From positions 6,742 through 70,741 of the forward strand of contig JAKAUI010000037.1 in assembly GCA_021827745.1 (NCBI GenBank): a stretch of 64,000 nt of DNA, given 5' to 3'. This DNA comes from Bacillota bacterium. GTDB taxonomy: Bacteria > Bacillota > Sulfobacillia > JAJZYS01 > JAJZLH01. Both the position numbers and the translations under genes were made by a program. Positions 9,703 through 18,919 of this stretch are shown piece after piece (the first letter of the stretch is position 1; each line of letters starts with the position of its first letter). The notes under the pieces were generated by a model. It was not told the DNA's origin, did no database searches, and was given only the letters and a program-made list of their open reading frames with translations.

Positions 9703-11050
9703 GGAGCCTTTCTCCTCCTTTTTTCACCCGGGGCTTGATCGGTCGCTGGCACAGGCGCGTGAACCGCAGCTGCTCTTGGGCCGTGAGGCGACCAAGGGAC
9801 CAGCCGGCGGGGTCGACCTGGCGGCTTCGGGCGAGCGGCAGAAGCCGCCTGAGCGTGGGCAGCGAGAGGCTGCGGCGTTGGGCCAGAGAAAAGGCCAGCG
9901 CCTGGTCTCTGGCGGCCAGGGCCGCCTGGCAGGCCAGGTCAGGATTGGTGGCCGAGAGCGCCGCAACCACCTCGTTGCGAGCGGCCCTCAGCACCTGCGG
10001 GAAGCGGAGGGTCAGCTGGGCCAGCGCCGGCGCACTGCCCTCCTTGAGGGCGGCGAGCCACAGCGCTGCCTCCCGGGCGCTGCCCGAAGACCGGGCGATC
10101 TCTGCGGCCCGCACATAGAGCCTGAGTCGGTCGTCGCCCTGGGCGGTCAGCAGCGTCTGGTCGAGCAGCAAAAGCGCCTGGCGGGGCGAGGCAGCCAGCA
10201 CCGCCAGTTCCGCCGCCACCTCAGAGAGGGCCGGCGGCGCCTCCGGCAGCCCAGCCAGGTAGGCGAGCGCCAAGGTGTCGCCCGGCCGCATGGCCAGGAT
10301 CCTGGCCGCCCTTAGCAACAGGGCGCTCACATCCTGGCGTCGAGAGCGCAGGTCGTGGAAGTGGACCAGGACCCGGTCCAGGAATACCGCCATGCCATCG
10401 TCATCCAGCCGGCTGGCGAGCAGCGTGCCAAGCGGCAGCAGGCTTGACTCGGGGGCCAGAAGGGCGATGTCCGCCAAATCGACCAACGGCAGGCCGGGCA
10501 GGCGCTGCAGGGCCTCCGTGACCAAAAGCGGGTCCTCTCCCCAGCCCCGGAGCAGGCGGAACAGCGCAGCAGCCTGATCGGCCGGCGAAAGTCCGTCCAG
10601 ACGGGCGAGCTCTTGGCGCGGTTCCGAAGGAGGAATGAAGGGCAGGTCGGTGAAGGCTAAAAGGGCGTCCAGGACCCGATCCTCAAGCAATCCGGCGACC
10701 AGCGGCGCGCTGTCTTGGCTCTGCATCAGCCGCGCGGTCAGGTCGAGGATGTCGACGAAGTCGCCGGGTGCGCGCTGCCAGGCGGCGGCCACGGCCGCCC
10801 CGTGGCGGCACAGTCGGCTGCAGTGCGAGCAGTGGGCGCCCGCTTTGGTCAGCACCACCCAGTAGTCGTGGCGCTCACCGCTGACGGCACCGGCGATGGA
10901 AGAGCCCGCCACCATCAGGTGACTGAGCCGGCCAAGCCCGACATAGTCCTCCCCGATCAGGCGCAGGGGCGGGGGGAAGAGGTCTAGGAAGACATCGGCC
11001 GAAGGCGGTGGGGCCAGGGCGGCGGAGCTGGGGTCTTTCAGACGGACCAC
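9689..11050 (-). CDS. Hypothetical protein with a SWIM-like Cys/His cluster and helical C-terminus
   Basis: CSHCSRLCRH follows a GAVSG..Y.V segment. Overlaps the IMPase start. The true start may be CTG at 11041. Confidence 0.6.
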   Translation of the reverse strand: MVRLKDPSSAALAPPPSADVFLDLFPPPLRLIGEDYVGLGRLSHLMVAGSSIAGAVSGERHDYWVVLTKAGAHCSHCSRLCRHGAAVAAAWQRAPGDFVDILDLTARLMQSQDSAPLVAGLLEDRVLDALLAFTDLPFIPPSEPRQELARLDGLSPADQAAALFRLLRGWGEDPLLVTEALQRLPGLPLVDLADIALLAPESSLLPLGTLLASRLDDDGMAVFLDRVLVHFHDLRSRRQDVSALLLRAARILAMRPGDTLALAYLAGLPEAPPALSEVAAELAVLAASPRQALLLLDQTLLTAQGDDRLRLYVRAAEIARSSGSAREAALWLAALKEGSAPALAQLTLRFPQVLRAARNEVVAALSATNPDLACQAALAARDQALAFSLAQRRSLSLPTLRRLLPLARSRQVDPAGWSLGRLTAQEQLRFTRLCQRPIKPRVKKGGERLHGQR

Positions 11051-11112
11051 TCCCTTGGCAATCGGGTTTCACGACCGGACGAGATGTGGCCTGCACGACG
11101 AGGAGGTCGACG

Positions 11113-11994
11113 GTGAGCGCAGCCGAGTTGACGGTGGTTGGCTTTCGGTTGCCGTTTCGCCATTTCTCGGACCCCGGGCAACTGAAGGCCGCGCTATTGG
11201 GCCACATCGCAGAGGCCCAGGTGGCGCCGCAGTCGCTGGTGGTCTTTCCTGGTCTTTTGGCGATGGGCCTGCTGGCGCCTGACCTGTCGATGGTGCCGAC
11301 CGGCCTGGCCGAGCGGCTGCGCCAGGGAGCAGGCGACCTGGAGGCCACCTATCTGACCGTGGGCGAGGAGATCGCTAGAGAGCGTCACATCTACCTGGTG
11401 CCAGGCTCGGTCTGGCTTCCGGCGCCGATCGGCTACACCCACCGGGCGTGTCTGTTCGACCCGGACGGACGGCTGCTTGGCTGGCAGGAGCAGACCCACG
11501 CCTACCTGTGGGAGGCAGAACTGATCGCCTCGGCTGAGGTTGCGGTCTGGCAAGTCGGCCCGCTGCGGGTCGGAGTGCTGTTGGGCGCAGACCCGTGGGT
11601 GCCGGAGGTGTCCCGGGTGCTCACCCTGCAGGGTGCCGACCTGCTGCTCGCTCCCCTGGCGCCGATCGCCCCATACGCCTCGGCCCGGGCGATGGCCGGG
11701 TTGTGGCAGGAGGTGCAGCAGAACCAGACCTACGGCCTGGAGACGGGGCTGACCGGCCCCTTCTTCGACCTGGGTGTGGACGGCAAGCTGGCCGTGCTGG
11801 CTCCCTGCGAGCTGACTCCGGGCGAGACCGGGTTCTTCGGCGAGGCGGGCTACGTCGTGTCCCAAAAGGCGCGCTCGGCCGTGCTGGAGCCGGCCGACCT
11901 CCATGCCCTGCGCGAGCGCTATCCGCTACTCAGGCATCTGAATCCCGATCTCTACCGTCGGCACTGGCAGGAGCGGGGAGAGGGCCGGCCATGA
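11113..11994 (+). CDS. Nitrilase/carbon-nitrogen hydrolase fold protein lacking the catalytic triad
   Basis: AGGAGG RBS then GTG. Fold motifs are present, but VVFPG, QEQTH and LLGAD replace FPE, K.H and ICxD. Confidence 0.8.
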   Translation: MSAAELTVVGFRLPFRHFSDPGQLKAALLGHIAEAQVAPQSLVVFPGLLAMGLLAPDLSMVPTGLAERLRQGAGDLEATYLTVGEEIARERHIYLVPGSVWLPAPIGYTHRACLFDPDGRLLGWQEQTHAYLWEAELIASAEVAVWQVGPLRVGVLLGADPWVPEVSRVLTLQGADLLLAPLAPIAPYASARAMAGLWQEVQQNQTYGLETGLTGPFFDLGVDGKLAVLAPCELTPGETGFFGEAGYVVSQKARSAVLEPADLHALRERYPLLRHLNPDLYRRHWQERGEGRP

Positions 11995-13061
11995 GCTTTG
12001 AGCTGTGGATGGTGCGCCTTCGGCTGTGGCTGGCGTCCAGGCCAGGGAAGGCCCACCGGGCGCTTGGCCGGCCAAGGCGCGCCGCCGTGGCGACGCCCCG
12101 GGTGGGCGTGGTGCGGGTGGCTGCCGTGCAGATGCGCTTTCGCTTCATCTCGTCGGCCAGCGTCTTTGCCCGCGCCGTCGCCCAACTGGTGGACCAGGCG
12201 GCTGCCGGCGGCGCCGAGCTGGTCGTGTTCCCGGAAGACGTGGGCATGATGCTCTTTGGCATCTTGCCGCGCTTTGAGCGCATCGCCGCCACCGGGTCGA
12301 TGGAAGAGGCGTTGGCCCGGATCGGGTCCGATGTCAGCGTGTCGAGCATCGTCGAGCTGGTCGGCCGGTCGGCAGAGCGGATCTATCTGTCGGTCTTCAG
12401 CCGGCTCGCCCGCGACTACGGGATGATGATCCAGGCCGGATCGATGCCGGTGATGAGCCGGGACGGCCGGGTCTACAACGTGGCCTATCTGTTTGGCCCG
12501 CATGGCCAGCTGATGGGCACCCAGGTCAAGTGCCACCTCTTGCCGCTGGAGGCCGAGTGGGGATTCGCCGCCGGGGACGAACTGGTGGTGCTTGACACGC
12601 CGATCGGCCGGCTGGCGCAGCCGATCTGCATGGACGCCACCTACTTCGAAACCTTTCGCATCCTGAGTGCCGACGGGGCCGAGGTGGTCTGCCTGCCTGT
12701 CGCCGATCCGGACCCCAGCGGCAACCCCTTCAAGTCCCTGCGCGGCCTGTGGCCCAGGGTCCAGGAGAGCTCTGTCTACGGCATCCAGTCCTGCATGGTC
12801 GGAACCGCCCTGGACCTCACCTTCACCGGTCGCAGCGGCATCTACGCGCCGCTTGATCTCACGCCGTCCGGGGACGGGGTCCTGGCCCAGGCCCTGTCCG
12901 ACGACGAGGAGATCGTGCTGGCCGACCTGGACATGGACGCCCTGCGCACCTTCCGCAAGGAGGAGGCGATTCGGGCCAACGCCGCCTTCGTCCGCAACTA
13001 TTTCCCGTCCATCTACCGCGGATTCTGGAGAGGAGGGGCGAGCGGTGCGACTCGTCGCTGA
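11991..13061 (+). CDS. Nitrilase-family carbon-nitrogen hydrolase with intact triad
   Basis: VVFPED, QVKCHL, PICMD. ATGA overlap with the upstream gene. Confidence 0.9.
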   Translation: MSFELWMVRLRLWLASRPGKAHRALGRPRRAAVATPRVGVVRVAAVQMRFRFISSASVFARAVAQLVDQAAAGGAELVVFPEDVGMMLFGILPRFERIAATGSMEEALARIGSDVSVSSIVELVGRSAERIYLSVFSRLARDYGMMIQAGSMPVMSRDGRVYNVAYLFGPHGQLMGTQVKCHLLPLEAEWGFAAGDELVVLDTPIGRLAQPICMDATYFETFRILSADGAEVVCLPVADPDPSGNPFKSLRGLWPRVQESSVYGIQSCMVGTALDLTFTGRSGIYAPLDLTPSGDGVLAQALSDDEEIVLADLDMDALRTFRKEEAIRANAAFVRNYFPSIYRGFWRGGASGATRR

Positions 13062-13452
13062 TCAGGGGTGCCTCGTCTGTGGCACAGCCAACCCGATCGG
13101 CCTGCAGGTCCACTTCGACGTGGAGGGTGGCCACGCCCACGCCGAGCTGGTGCTGTCCGAGCTGTTCCAGGGCTGGCAAGAGGTGGCGCACGGGGGCGTG
13201 GTCAGCGCCCTCTTGGACGAGGCCATGTTCTACGCCTTGGCCGAAGAGGGCTGGCGGGGCATGACCGCCGAGATGACGGTGCGCTTTCTGAAGCCGGTGC
13301 CGCTCGGCACCACCCTCCTCCTGACGGCGGAGCGGGTCAAGCTGCACCGCCGCCTGGGCCGGGCGACGGCCCGTCTGTGCAGCGGGGACGATGTTCTGGC
13401 CGAGGCCAGCGGCACCTTTCTGGCCACGGCTGAGCGGGGACCTCGGCGATGA
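13045..13452 (+). CDS. PaaI-family hot-dog thioesterase
   Basis: CLVCG.ANPIGL and AHGGVVSALLDEAM; GGAGG RBS. Confidence 0.9.
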   Translation: MRLVADQGCLVCGTANPIGLQVHFDVEGGHAHAELVLSELFQGWQEVAHGGVVSALLDEAMFYALAEEGWRGMTAEMTVRFLKPVPLGTTLLLTAERVKLHRRLGRATARLCSGDDVLAEASGTFLATAERGPRR

Positions 13453-14477
13453 GCCGGATGGAGGCCGAACTCGGGATGACCCCCGAGCTGGTGGCCGCCC
13501 TCACCGCTCCGGACCGGGTGCGCAGCCAGCTGCGCGACCAGGGGCTGAGACCCTTTCGGCACCTGGTGCTCACCGGCTGCGGCAGCTCGTACTTCGCCGC
13601 CCATCTGGCCGCCATCCAGCTCCGGGCCAAGGGGTTTCCGGTGGGCCTGGAGGACTCAGGGGATCTGCTCACCGAGGCGGTGACGCTGTCCAGCGAGGAC
13701 CTCCTGGTGGTGCTGACCCAAAGCGGCGAGACCAAGACGGTGCTGGAGCTGATGCGTCGGCGAAGGCGGCAGGGAGACCAGCAGGTGGTGATCACCGGTC
13801 ACCCGGAGTCCGAAGCGGCGTCTTTGGCCGATGTGGTGGTGGACAGTGGCTTTTTCGGAGACGAGTCCTTGTGCCACACGGCCAGCGTGATGGTGTCCGG
13901 CCTCCTGGCGCTCGAGGTGGTGGCCAGCAGCGACCGTAGGCGGGGCACGTCGGGCCGGGTGCTGCAGCCGGACCGAGCGCGGCTGTCTGCCAGCCTCAAG
14001 GCGCTCTTCGCGAGGCGCAATGAGATCGGCGCCTGGATCGACTGGACCGCAGTCACGCACGCCCTCCTGCTTGCTTCGGACCGGACGTGGCCGGTGGCCG
14101 AGGAGGGGTCTCTGAAACTGGCCGAGGCGACCTATCTGCCAGCGCTGGCCGTGCGCTTCGAGACCTTCTTCCATGGCTATATCCCACTCACCAACCCGAA
14201 CACGGCGGTGGTGGCCCTGCTCACATCGAAGGCAGACGCCCGGCGGGCCGCCGAGTTCGAGCTGGTGCGGCGGACGGTCGGCTTCCAGGGCAAGGCGGTG
14301 GACCAAAAGACCCTCGGGCTTGGCTCAGACAGCGAGGAAGATGTGCTCTTCCCCTGGCTGGCGCTCTATGCCATGCACCTGATCACGTTGGGCGCCGCCG
14401 GTCAGCGCAGGACCAACCCGGATCTGCTGCGCCGGGAAGACCCCAAATACCTGTCGGCGCGCCAGATGCACCGCTGA
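13449..14477 (+). CDS. Double-SIS-domain phosphosugar isomerase/deaminase (GlmS isomerase-like, no glutaminase domain)
   Basis: GCGSS, TQSGET, EGSLKLAE, FFHG, NPDLLR. Confidence 0.85.
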   Translation: MSRMEAELGMTPELVAALTAPDRVRSQLRDQGLRPFRHLVLTGCGSSYFAAHLAAIQLRAKGFPVGLEDSGDLLTEAVTLSSEDLLVVLTQSGETKTVLELMRRRRRQGDQQVVITGHPESEAASLADVVVDSGFFGDESLCHTASVMVSGLLALEVVASSDRRRGTSGRVLQPDRARLSASLKALFARRNEIGAWIDWTAVTHALLLASDRTWPVAEEGSLKLAEATYLPALAVRFETFFHGYIPLTNPNTAVVALLTSKADARRAAEFELVRRTVGFQGKAVDQKTLGLGSDSEEDVLFPWLALYAMHLITLGAAGQRRTNPDLLRREDPKYLSARQMHR

Positions 14478-14510
14478 CCGCAGGCGATTGATCCTCCCCG
14501 GGCCACGGCC

Positions 14511-15419
14511 TCAGGGCGCTGCCTGTGCCCGACGCTGGCGCAGGCGCTGGAGCGTGCCCTGGGAGACCACGATGCCGAGCATGATGACGAGCGCACCGAG
14601 CGGCTCGTTCCACGTCATCGCCTCGCCGAGCAACACCACGCCGGCCACGGTGGAGACGATCGGAATCAGATAGGTGACCATCGACGCCACAACGGCACCG
14701 GCGTCGCGGATGATGGCGTACTGGAGGACGAAGGCCGCACCGGACCCCAGGATGCCGAGCGCCAGCACGCTTGCCACCGCCCCCAGCGGGAGGCTCGTCG
14801 GAAGACGGGCGAAAAACGGGACAAAAAAGGCGACCTCAACAGTGGCGCAGAGCAGCTGACCGGTGACCAGCGAGACGACACTCTCCCTTCTCCCGACCAG
14901 AAGCCGGCGGGCGAGGACCGTGGCCACGCCGTAGCAGAGAGCGGCGCCCAGGCACATCAGGGCGCCAGCGACCCGTTGCCCGCCGAGGCCCGACCACACC
15001 CCCAGCACAGCCAGGACGCCCAAAAAGCCGATGGCCAGGCCGCCGAGGCGCCGTACCGTGGCCGACTCGTCGGGCAGGAAGAGCATGGCAAGCGGGGCGA
15101 CCATCAGGGGGGTGGTGGCGTTCAGGATGCCGGCGAGGACCGAGGACACTTGGAGTTCCCCGTAGGCGAACAGGGTCCAGGGCAGGGCATTGAACAGGAG
15201 GGCGATCAGCGCCAGCTGCCCCCATGTCCGCCAGCCGCGGGGCAGGCGTTCTCTGCGCGAGGCGAGCACGATCCAGATGGTGGCGGTGCCAAGGGCCAGC
15301 CGCCCCAGCACGACCCAGAGCGGCGACAGGCTCTGGTCGCCGATCTTGATGAAGAAGAACGAAAATCCCCAGATCACGCTCAACAGCGCCAACTGGACGG
15401 GCCAACCAGGCTTGCGCAT
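14511..15419 (-). CDS. EamA/DMT family transporter
   Basis: About 10 TMs, IWGFSFFFIK and LLGE motifs. Confidence 0.9.
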   Translation of the reverse strand: MRKPGWPVQLALLSVIWGFSFFFIKIGDQSLSPLWVVLGRLALGTATIWIVLASRRERLPRGWRTWGQLALIALLFNALPWTLFAYGELQVSSVLAGILNATTPLMVAPLAMLFLPDESATVRRLGGLAIGFLGVLAVLGVWSGLGGQRVAGALMCLGAALCYGVATVLARRLLVGRRESVVSLVTGQLLCATVEVAFFVPFFARLPTSLPLGAVASVLALGILGSGAAFVLQYAIIRDAGAVVASMVTYLIPIVSTVAGVVLLGEAMTWNEPLGALVIMLGIVVSQGTLQRLRQRRAQAAP

Positions 15420-15422
15420 GCG

Positions 15423-16028
15423 CTAGCTCTGGGCGCGCACTGGCGCGCTGTGCCTTGGCTGTGCAGCAGCCACCAGGCCGTGGGCACCAAAAGGCGCTCC
15501 CTCATGGGACAAGAGCCACTGCTTTTGGTCCAGGCCCGAGGCGTAGCCGGTGAGTTGGCCGGACGACCCGATCACCCGGTGGCAGGGGACGATCAGGGCC
15601 AGCGGGTTTCTGGCGTTGGCTTGGCCGACGGCCCGACCTGCCTTTGGGGCGCCAAGCAGCCGGGCGACCGCCCCGTAGCTTCTGGTCTCGCCGTAGGGGA
15701 TCGTCACGAGCGCCTGCCAGACCAGCAACTGAAACGCGCTGCCGCTGGGGGCGAGGGGCAGGGCAAAGGCGGTGAGCCCGTGGTCGAAGTAGGCCTCGAT
15801 CTGGCGGATGGCCTCCGAAAAGGGCGCCCGGTCTTCGCCCAGCGTCGCCAAGACGGGCGGTTGGCGGTGGTTTGTCAGCAGGTACAGGCCGGTCAGCGCC
15901 TCTCCGTTGGACAAAAGCGTCAGCGCGCCGAGGGGGCTTCGCACCGTGGTCCAGTACTGAGTCTCTTTTGGCGGGTAGAACGGGGTTCTCTCAGCCGGCT
16001 GGTCGATCTGGACCATCATCTTCGCCAC
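15423..16028 (-). CDS. ogt: Methylated-DNA-protein-cysteine methyltransferase
   Basis: IPYGETRSY, RAVG.AN, PCHRV active site. Confidence 0.95.
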   Translation of the reverse strand: MAKMMVQIDQPAERTPFYPPKETQYWTTVRSPLGALTLLSNGEALTGLYLLTNHRQPPVLATLGEDRAPFSEAIRQIEAYFDHGLTAFALPLAPSGSAFQLLVWQALVTIPYGETRSYGAVARLLGAPKAGRAVGQANARNPLALIVPCHRVIGSSGQLTGYASGLDQKQWLLSHEGAPFGAHGLVAAAQPRHSAPVRAQS

Positions 16029-16029
16029 C

Positions 16030-17592
16030 TCACCTTTCTGCTCGAAAGATCGGAACAGACGGTGCAGCCGCCTCTAGGTGCTCGCCGGCACTGGGCCCGG
16101 ACGCCAGGGCGCCTTCGCCGAGTGCCCACAGGTGCTGGAGGGCATATGCCCGCCACGGCCGCCAGCGCTCTGCCAGAGCCGTGACGGCGTGGACGTCGGT
16201 GGGCAGGCCCAACCTGGCCATGGCCTGGCGCAGCCCGAGGTCGGTCTCGAGAAAGGCGTCTGGGTCAGCGAGCGAGCGCATCCGGATGTAGGCGACCGTC
16301 CAGGGACCGATCCCAGGCAGCTCCTGCAGCTGGGCTGACACCCGATCCCGGTCAGCGCCGCCGTCCAACTGGAGCGATCCATCTGCCAGCGCCGCGACCA
16401 GGGCGCCGAGCGCCCGCTGGCGGGCCTTTGGCATGCCGATCTCCAGCGGCGCGCCGGCATTCAAGGCGGCTGCCGTCGGGAAGGCATGAGTGAGGGAGCC
16501 GTCTGGTCTGGCGAGCGGCTCGCCGTAGCGGGCGGCGAGCTTGGCGGCAAGCAAGCGGGCGGCGCCGATCGAGACCTGCTGGCCGAGCACGGCCCGCACC
16601 GCCAGCTCATGTTCGTCGACGTGACCGGGAAGCCGGCGGCCGGGATTGGCGCGGACGAGCGGGCCGAGGTGACGATCTCTGCCCAGCGCCTCCGCCACCG
16701 CCCCGGGGTCGGCGTCCAGGTCGAGCAGCCTGCGGCAGCGCTGCACGGCCGCCGTCAGGTCACGGAGGTCCTGCAGCCAGATCTCGCACTCGATGTACGA
16801 GCTGGCGGTCGCTTTGGCTCCGGACGTCCGCCTGGGCAGCCGCAGCGCCACGACTGCCAGTTGGTGCGGCAAGGACAGCACCCGCCGATAGGTGTCTTCC
16901 GTGCACTCCTCGACGCCTGGGACGGCCCGGGCTGCCAAAAAGCGGAGCAGGGCGGCGAAATCGAGCGGCGGCCGATAGGGCAGCCGGAGGCGGATCACGC
17001 CGGCGGCCGAGTCGGCGGCCACGTCTTCACGGCCCCGCACCCGAGAGCGCACCTCGCTCGGCGTGCATCCGTAGACCAAGCGGATCGTGTCGTTGAATTG
17101 GCGGATGCTGCGAAATCCCGCCCCGAACGCCACGTCGGTCATCGGCCGGTCGGTCGTCTCCAAGAGGATGCGGGCCGTGCGGCTGCGCTGAGCCTGGGCC
17201 AGGGACTGGGGACCGGCCCCCAGCTCGGCCATCAGCTGACGGTTCAGCTGCCTGGGGCTGTACGACAGTCGTCTCGCCAAGCCGCTGACGCCGTCTCGGT
17301 CGACGACGCCGTCGGCGATCAGTCGCATCGCCCGCCCCACCAGGTCGGCCCGGGCATTCCATTCCGGAGAGTTGGGCGTGGCATCGGGACGGCAGCGCTT
17401 ACAGGCCCGATATCCGGCCTGCTGAGCTGCCGCCGCCGTCTTGTAGAAGCGCACGTTGGCACGCAGCGGCGTCCTGGCGGCACAGCTCGGCCGACAGTAG
17501 ATGTGCGTGGTGCGCACGGCCGTAAAGAACATCCCGTCGAAGCGGGCGTCCCGGCTCTGCACGGCTCTGTAGCAAATGTCGTGATCGAGCAT
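16030..17592 (-). CDS. alkA: Ada-AlkA fusion (Ada Zn domain, AraC HTH, 3-methyladenine glycosylase II)
   Basis: IYCRPSC...ACKRC, AraC HTH, GQQVS, HhH LPGIGPWT, WRPWRAYA. Confidence 0.93.
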   Translation of the reverse strand: MLDHDICYRAVQSRDARFDGMFFTAVRTTHIYCRPSCAARTPLRANVRFYKTAAAAQQAGYRACKRCRPDATPNSPEWNARADLVGRAMRLIADGVVDRDGVSGLARRLSYSPRQLNRQLMAELGAGPQSLAQAQRSRTARILLETTDRPMTDVAFGAGFRSIRQFNDTIRLVYGCTPSEVRSRVRGREDVAADSAAGVIRLRLPYRPPLDFAALLRFLAARAVPGVEECTEDTYRRVLSLPHQLAVVALRLPRRTSGAKATASSYIECEIWLQDLRDLTAAVQRCRRLLDLDADPGAVAEALGRDRHLGPLVRANPGRRLPGHVDEHELAVRAVLGQQVSIGAARLLAAKLAARYGEPLARPDGSLTHAFPTAAALNAGAPLEIGMPKARQRALGALVAALADGSLQLDGGADRDRVSAQLQELPGIGPWTVAYIRMRSLADPDAFLETDLGLRQAMARLGLPTDVHAVTALAERWRPWRAYALQHLWALGEGALASGPSAGEHLEAAAPSVPIFRAER

Positions 17593-17817
17593 GGCGCCAC
17601 CATATCAGGCAGCAGATGGCCGCGCTAGCGGATTTCGGTCATCAACATGACAAGGGGTCGTACGTGCCGGACCCTTGATCACCGGTTGCCGCACAGGCAC
17701 CTGGGAGGGTCGCTGCTGAGCTCTGGTGGCTGTGGATCGGGGGAGTCCGCATGGGGCCGACCACGCCTGATCGCCGGAACGACGCCTAACGCTCGTGCTC
17801 CGGCACCGGATCGGTCA

Positions 17818-17846
17818 TTGATCCATCGCACTGGCCAGCGTATCAT
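17818..17846 (+). promoter_or_regulatory. Sigma-70-type promoter for an apparently leaderless methyltransferase mRNA
   Basis: TTGATC-17bp-TATCAT; the ATG lies 7 nt downstream with no Shine-Dalgarno. Confidence 0.65.
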
Positions 17847-17853
17847 CCCCGGC

Positions 17854-18585
17854 ATGAAGGACTATCAGCCGATGGACAGCTTCGATGAGAACAGCGCGGC
17901 CATCTATGACGATGTGCCGCGGGGCGATGAGGCGGCGGCGACGAGGTTCTTGGCCGAACGGGCCGGCGGTGGACCAGCTTTGGAATTGGCGATCGGAACC
18001 GGACGCATCGCTCTGCCGCTCGCCGCCAAGGGGGTGCGGGTCGACGGAGTCGATCTGTCCGAGCCGATGGTCAAGCGGCTTCGGGCCAAGCCGGGCGGCG
18101 AGAAGTTGTCGATCACGATCGGCGACTTTGCCGACGTGCCGGTCTTGGGCCGGTACAAGTTGATCTATCTCGTGTACAACACGATCTTCAACCTCTTGAC
18201 CCAAGACGATCAGGTGCGCTGCTTCACGAATGTGACGAGCCATCTCGCCGAGGACGGCTGCTTCGTGGTGGAGGCGCTGGTTCCGACCTACCTCACCCAG
18301 TTGCGCGACGGCCAATATGTGGACGCTGAACAGGTCGGCACAAGAGAGGTGACACTCGACGTGGGCCGCTACGACGCGGCATCCCAGCGACTCGAGGAAA
18401 GCCATGTGGTGCTGTCGGAAAAAGGCGTGCGGGTGTACCCGATCGTCACCCGCTACATCTGGCCCAGCGAACTCGACCTGATGGCGCGCATCGCGGGGCT
18501 GCGTCTGAGAGAACGCTGGGCCAGCTGGGACCGTGAACCCTTCGATTCCCAAAGCCGCAACGCTGTCTCTGTCTACGGGCTCTGA
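17854..18585 (+). CDS. Class I SAM-dependent methyltransferase
   Basis: ALELAIGTGR motif I, GVDLS, GDF. Confidence 0.9.
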   Translation: MKDYQPMDSFDENSAAIYDDVPRGDEAAATRFLAERAGGGPALELAIGTGRIALPLAAKGVRVDGVDLSEPMVKRLRAKPGGEKLSITIGDFADVPVLGRYKLIYLVYNTIFNLLTQDDQVRCFTNVTSHLAEDGCFVVEALVPTYLTQLRDGQYVDAEQVGTREVTLDVGRYDAASQRLEESHVVLSEKGVRVYPIVTRYIWPSELDLMARIAGLRLRERWASWDREPFDSQSRNAVSVYGL

Positions 18586-18830
18586 TCTGGCACCTGACCG
18601 GGCTGGTCCGTATCTTCTGCAAGCCACATGGAGGCACAGTTTCCCCAGACGCCGTCGTGCTCCCCAGAGGTGCCTCCGTGGCAGCGCTTACCGCAGCCCT
18701 GAATCAAGCGTGGTTGAGCCGATTGCGAGCAGCGCATGTGACCGGAGAGAGCACAAGATTCGCCAACCAACCGGTCGGCCAGACCACATCCTGAAAAGAC
18801 GGCGCTGTCGTGGAACTGATCTTGAGCTAA
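18585..18830 (+). pseudogene. Remnant C-terminal TGS domain of a DRG/OBG-type GTPase
   Basis: Hand translation IWHLTGLVRIFCKPHG...VVLPRGASV...AHVTGESTRFANQPVG*KDGAVVELIL. Internal TGA at 18792 and no start codon. Confidence 0.7.
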
Positions 18831-18919
18831 TCGTTCGGCTGGTCTCCGGCCAGCCGACTCCGGCGATGCCGGATCGTCGGACACACGCCGCCTGTGGTCG
18901 GACGCTGTAAAGTGATGGT

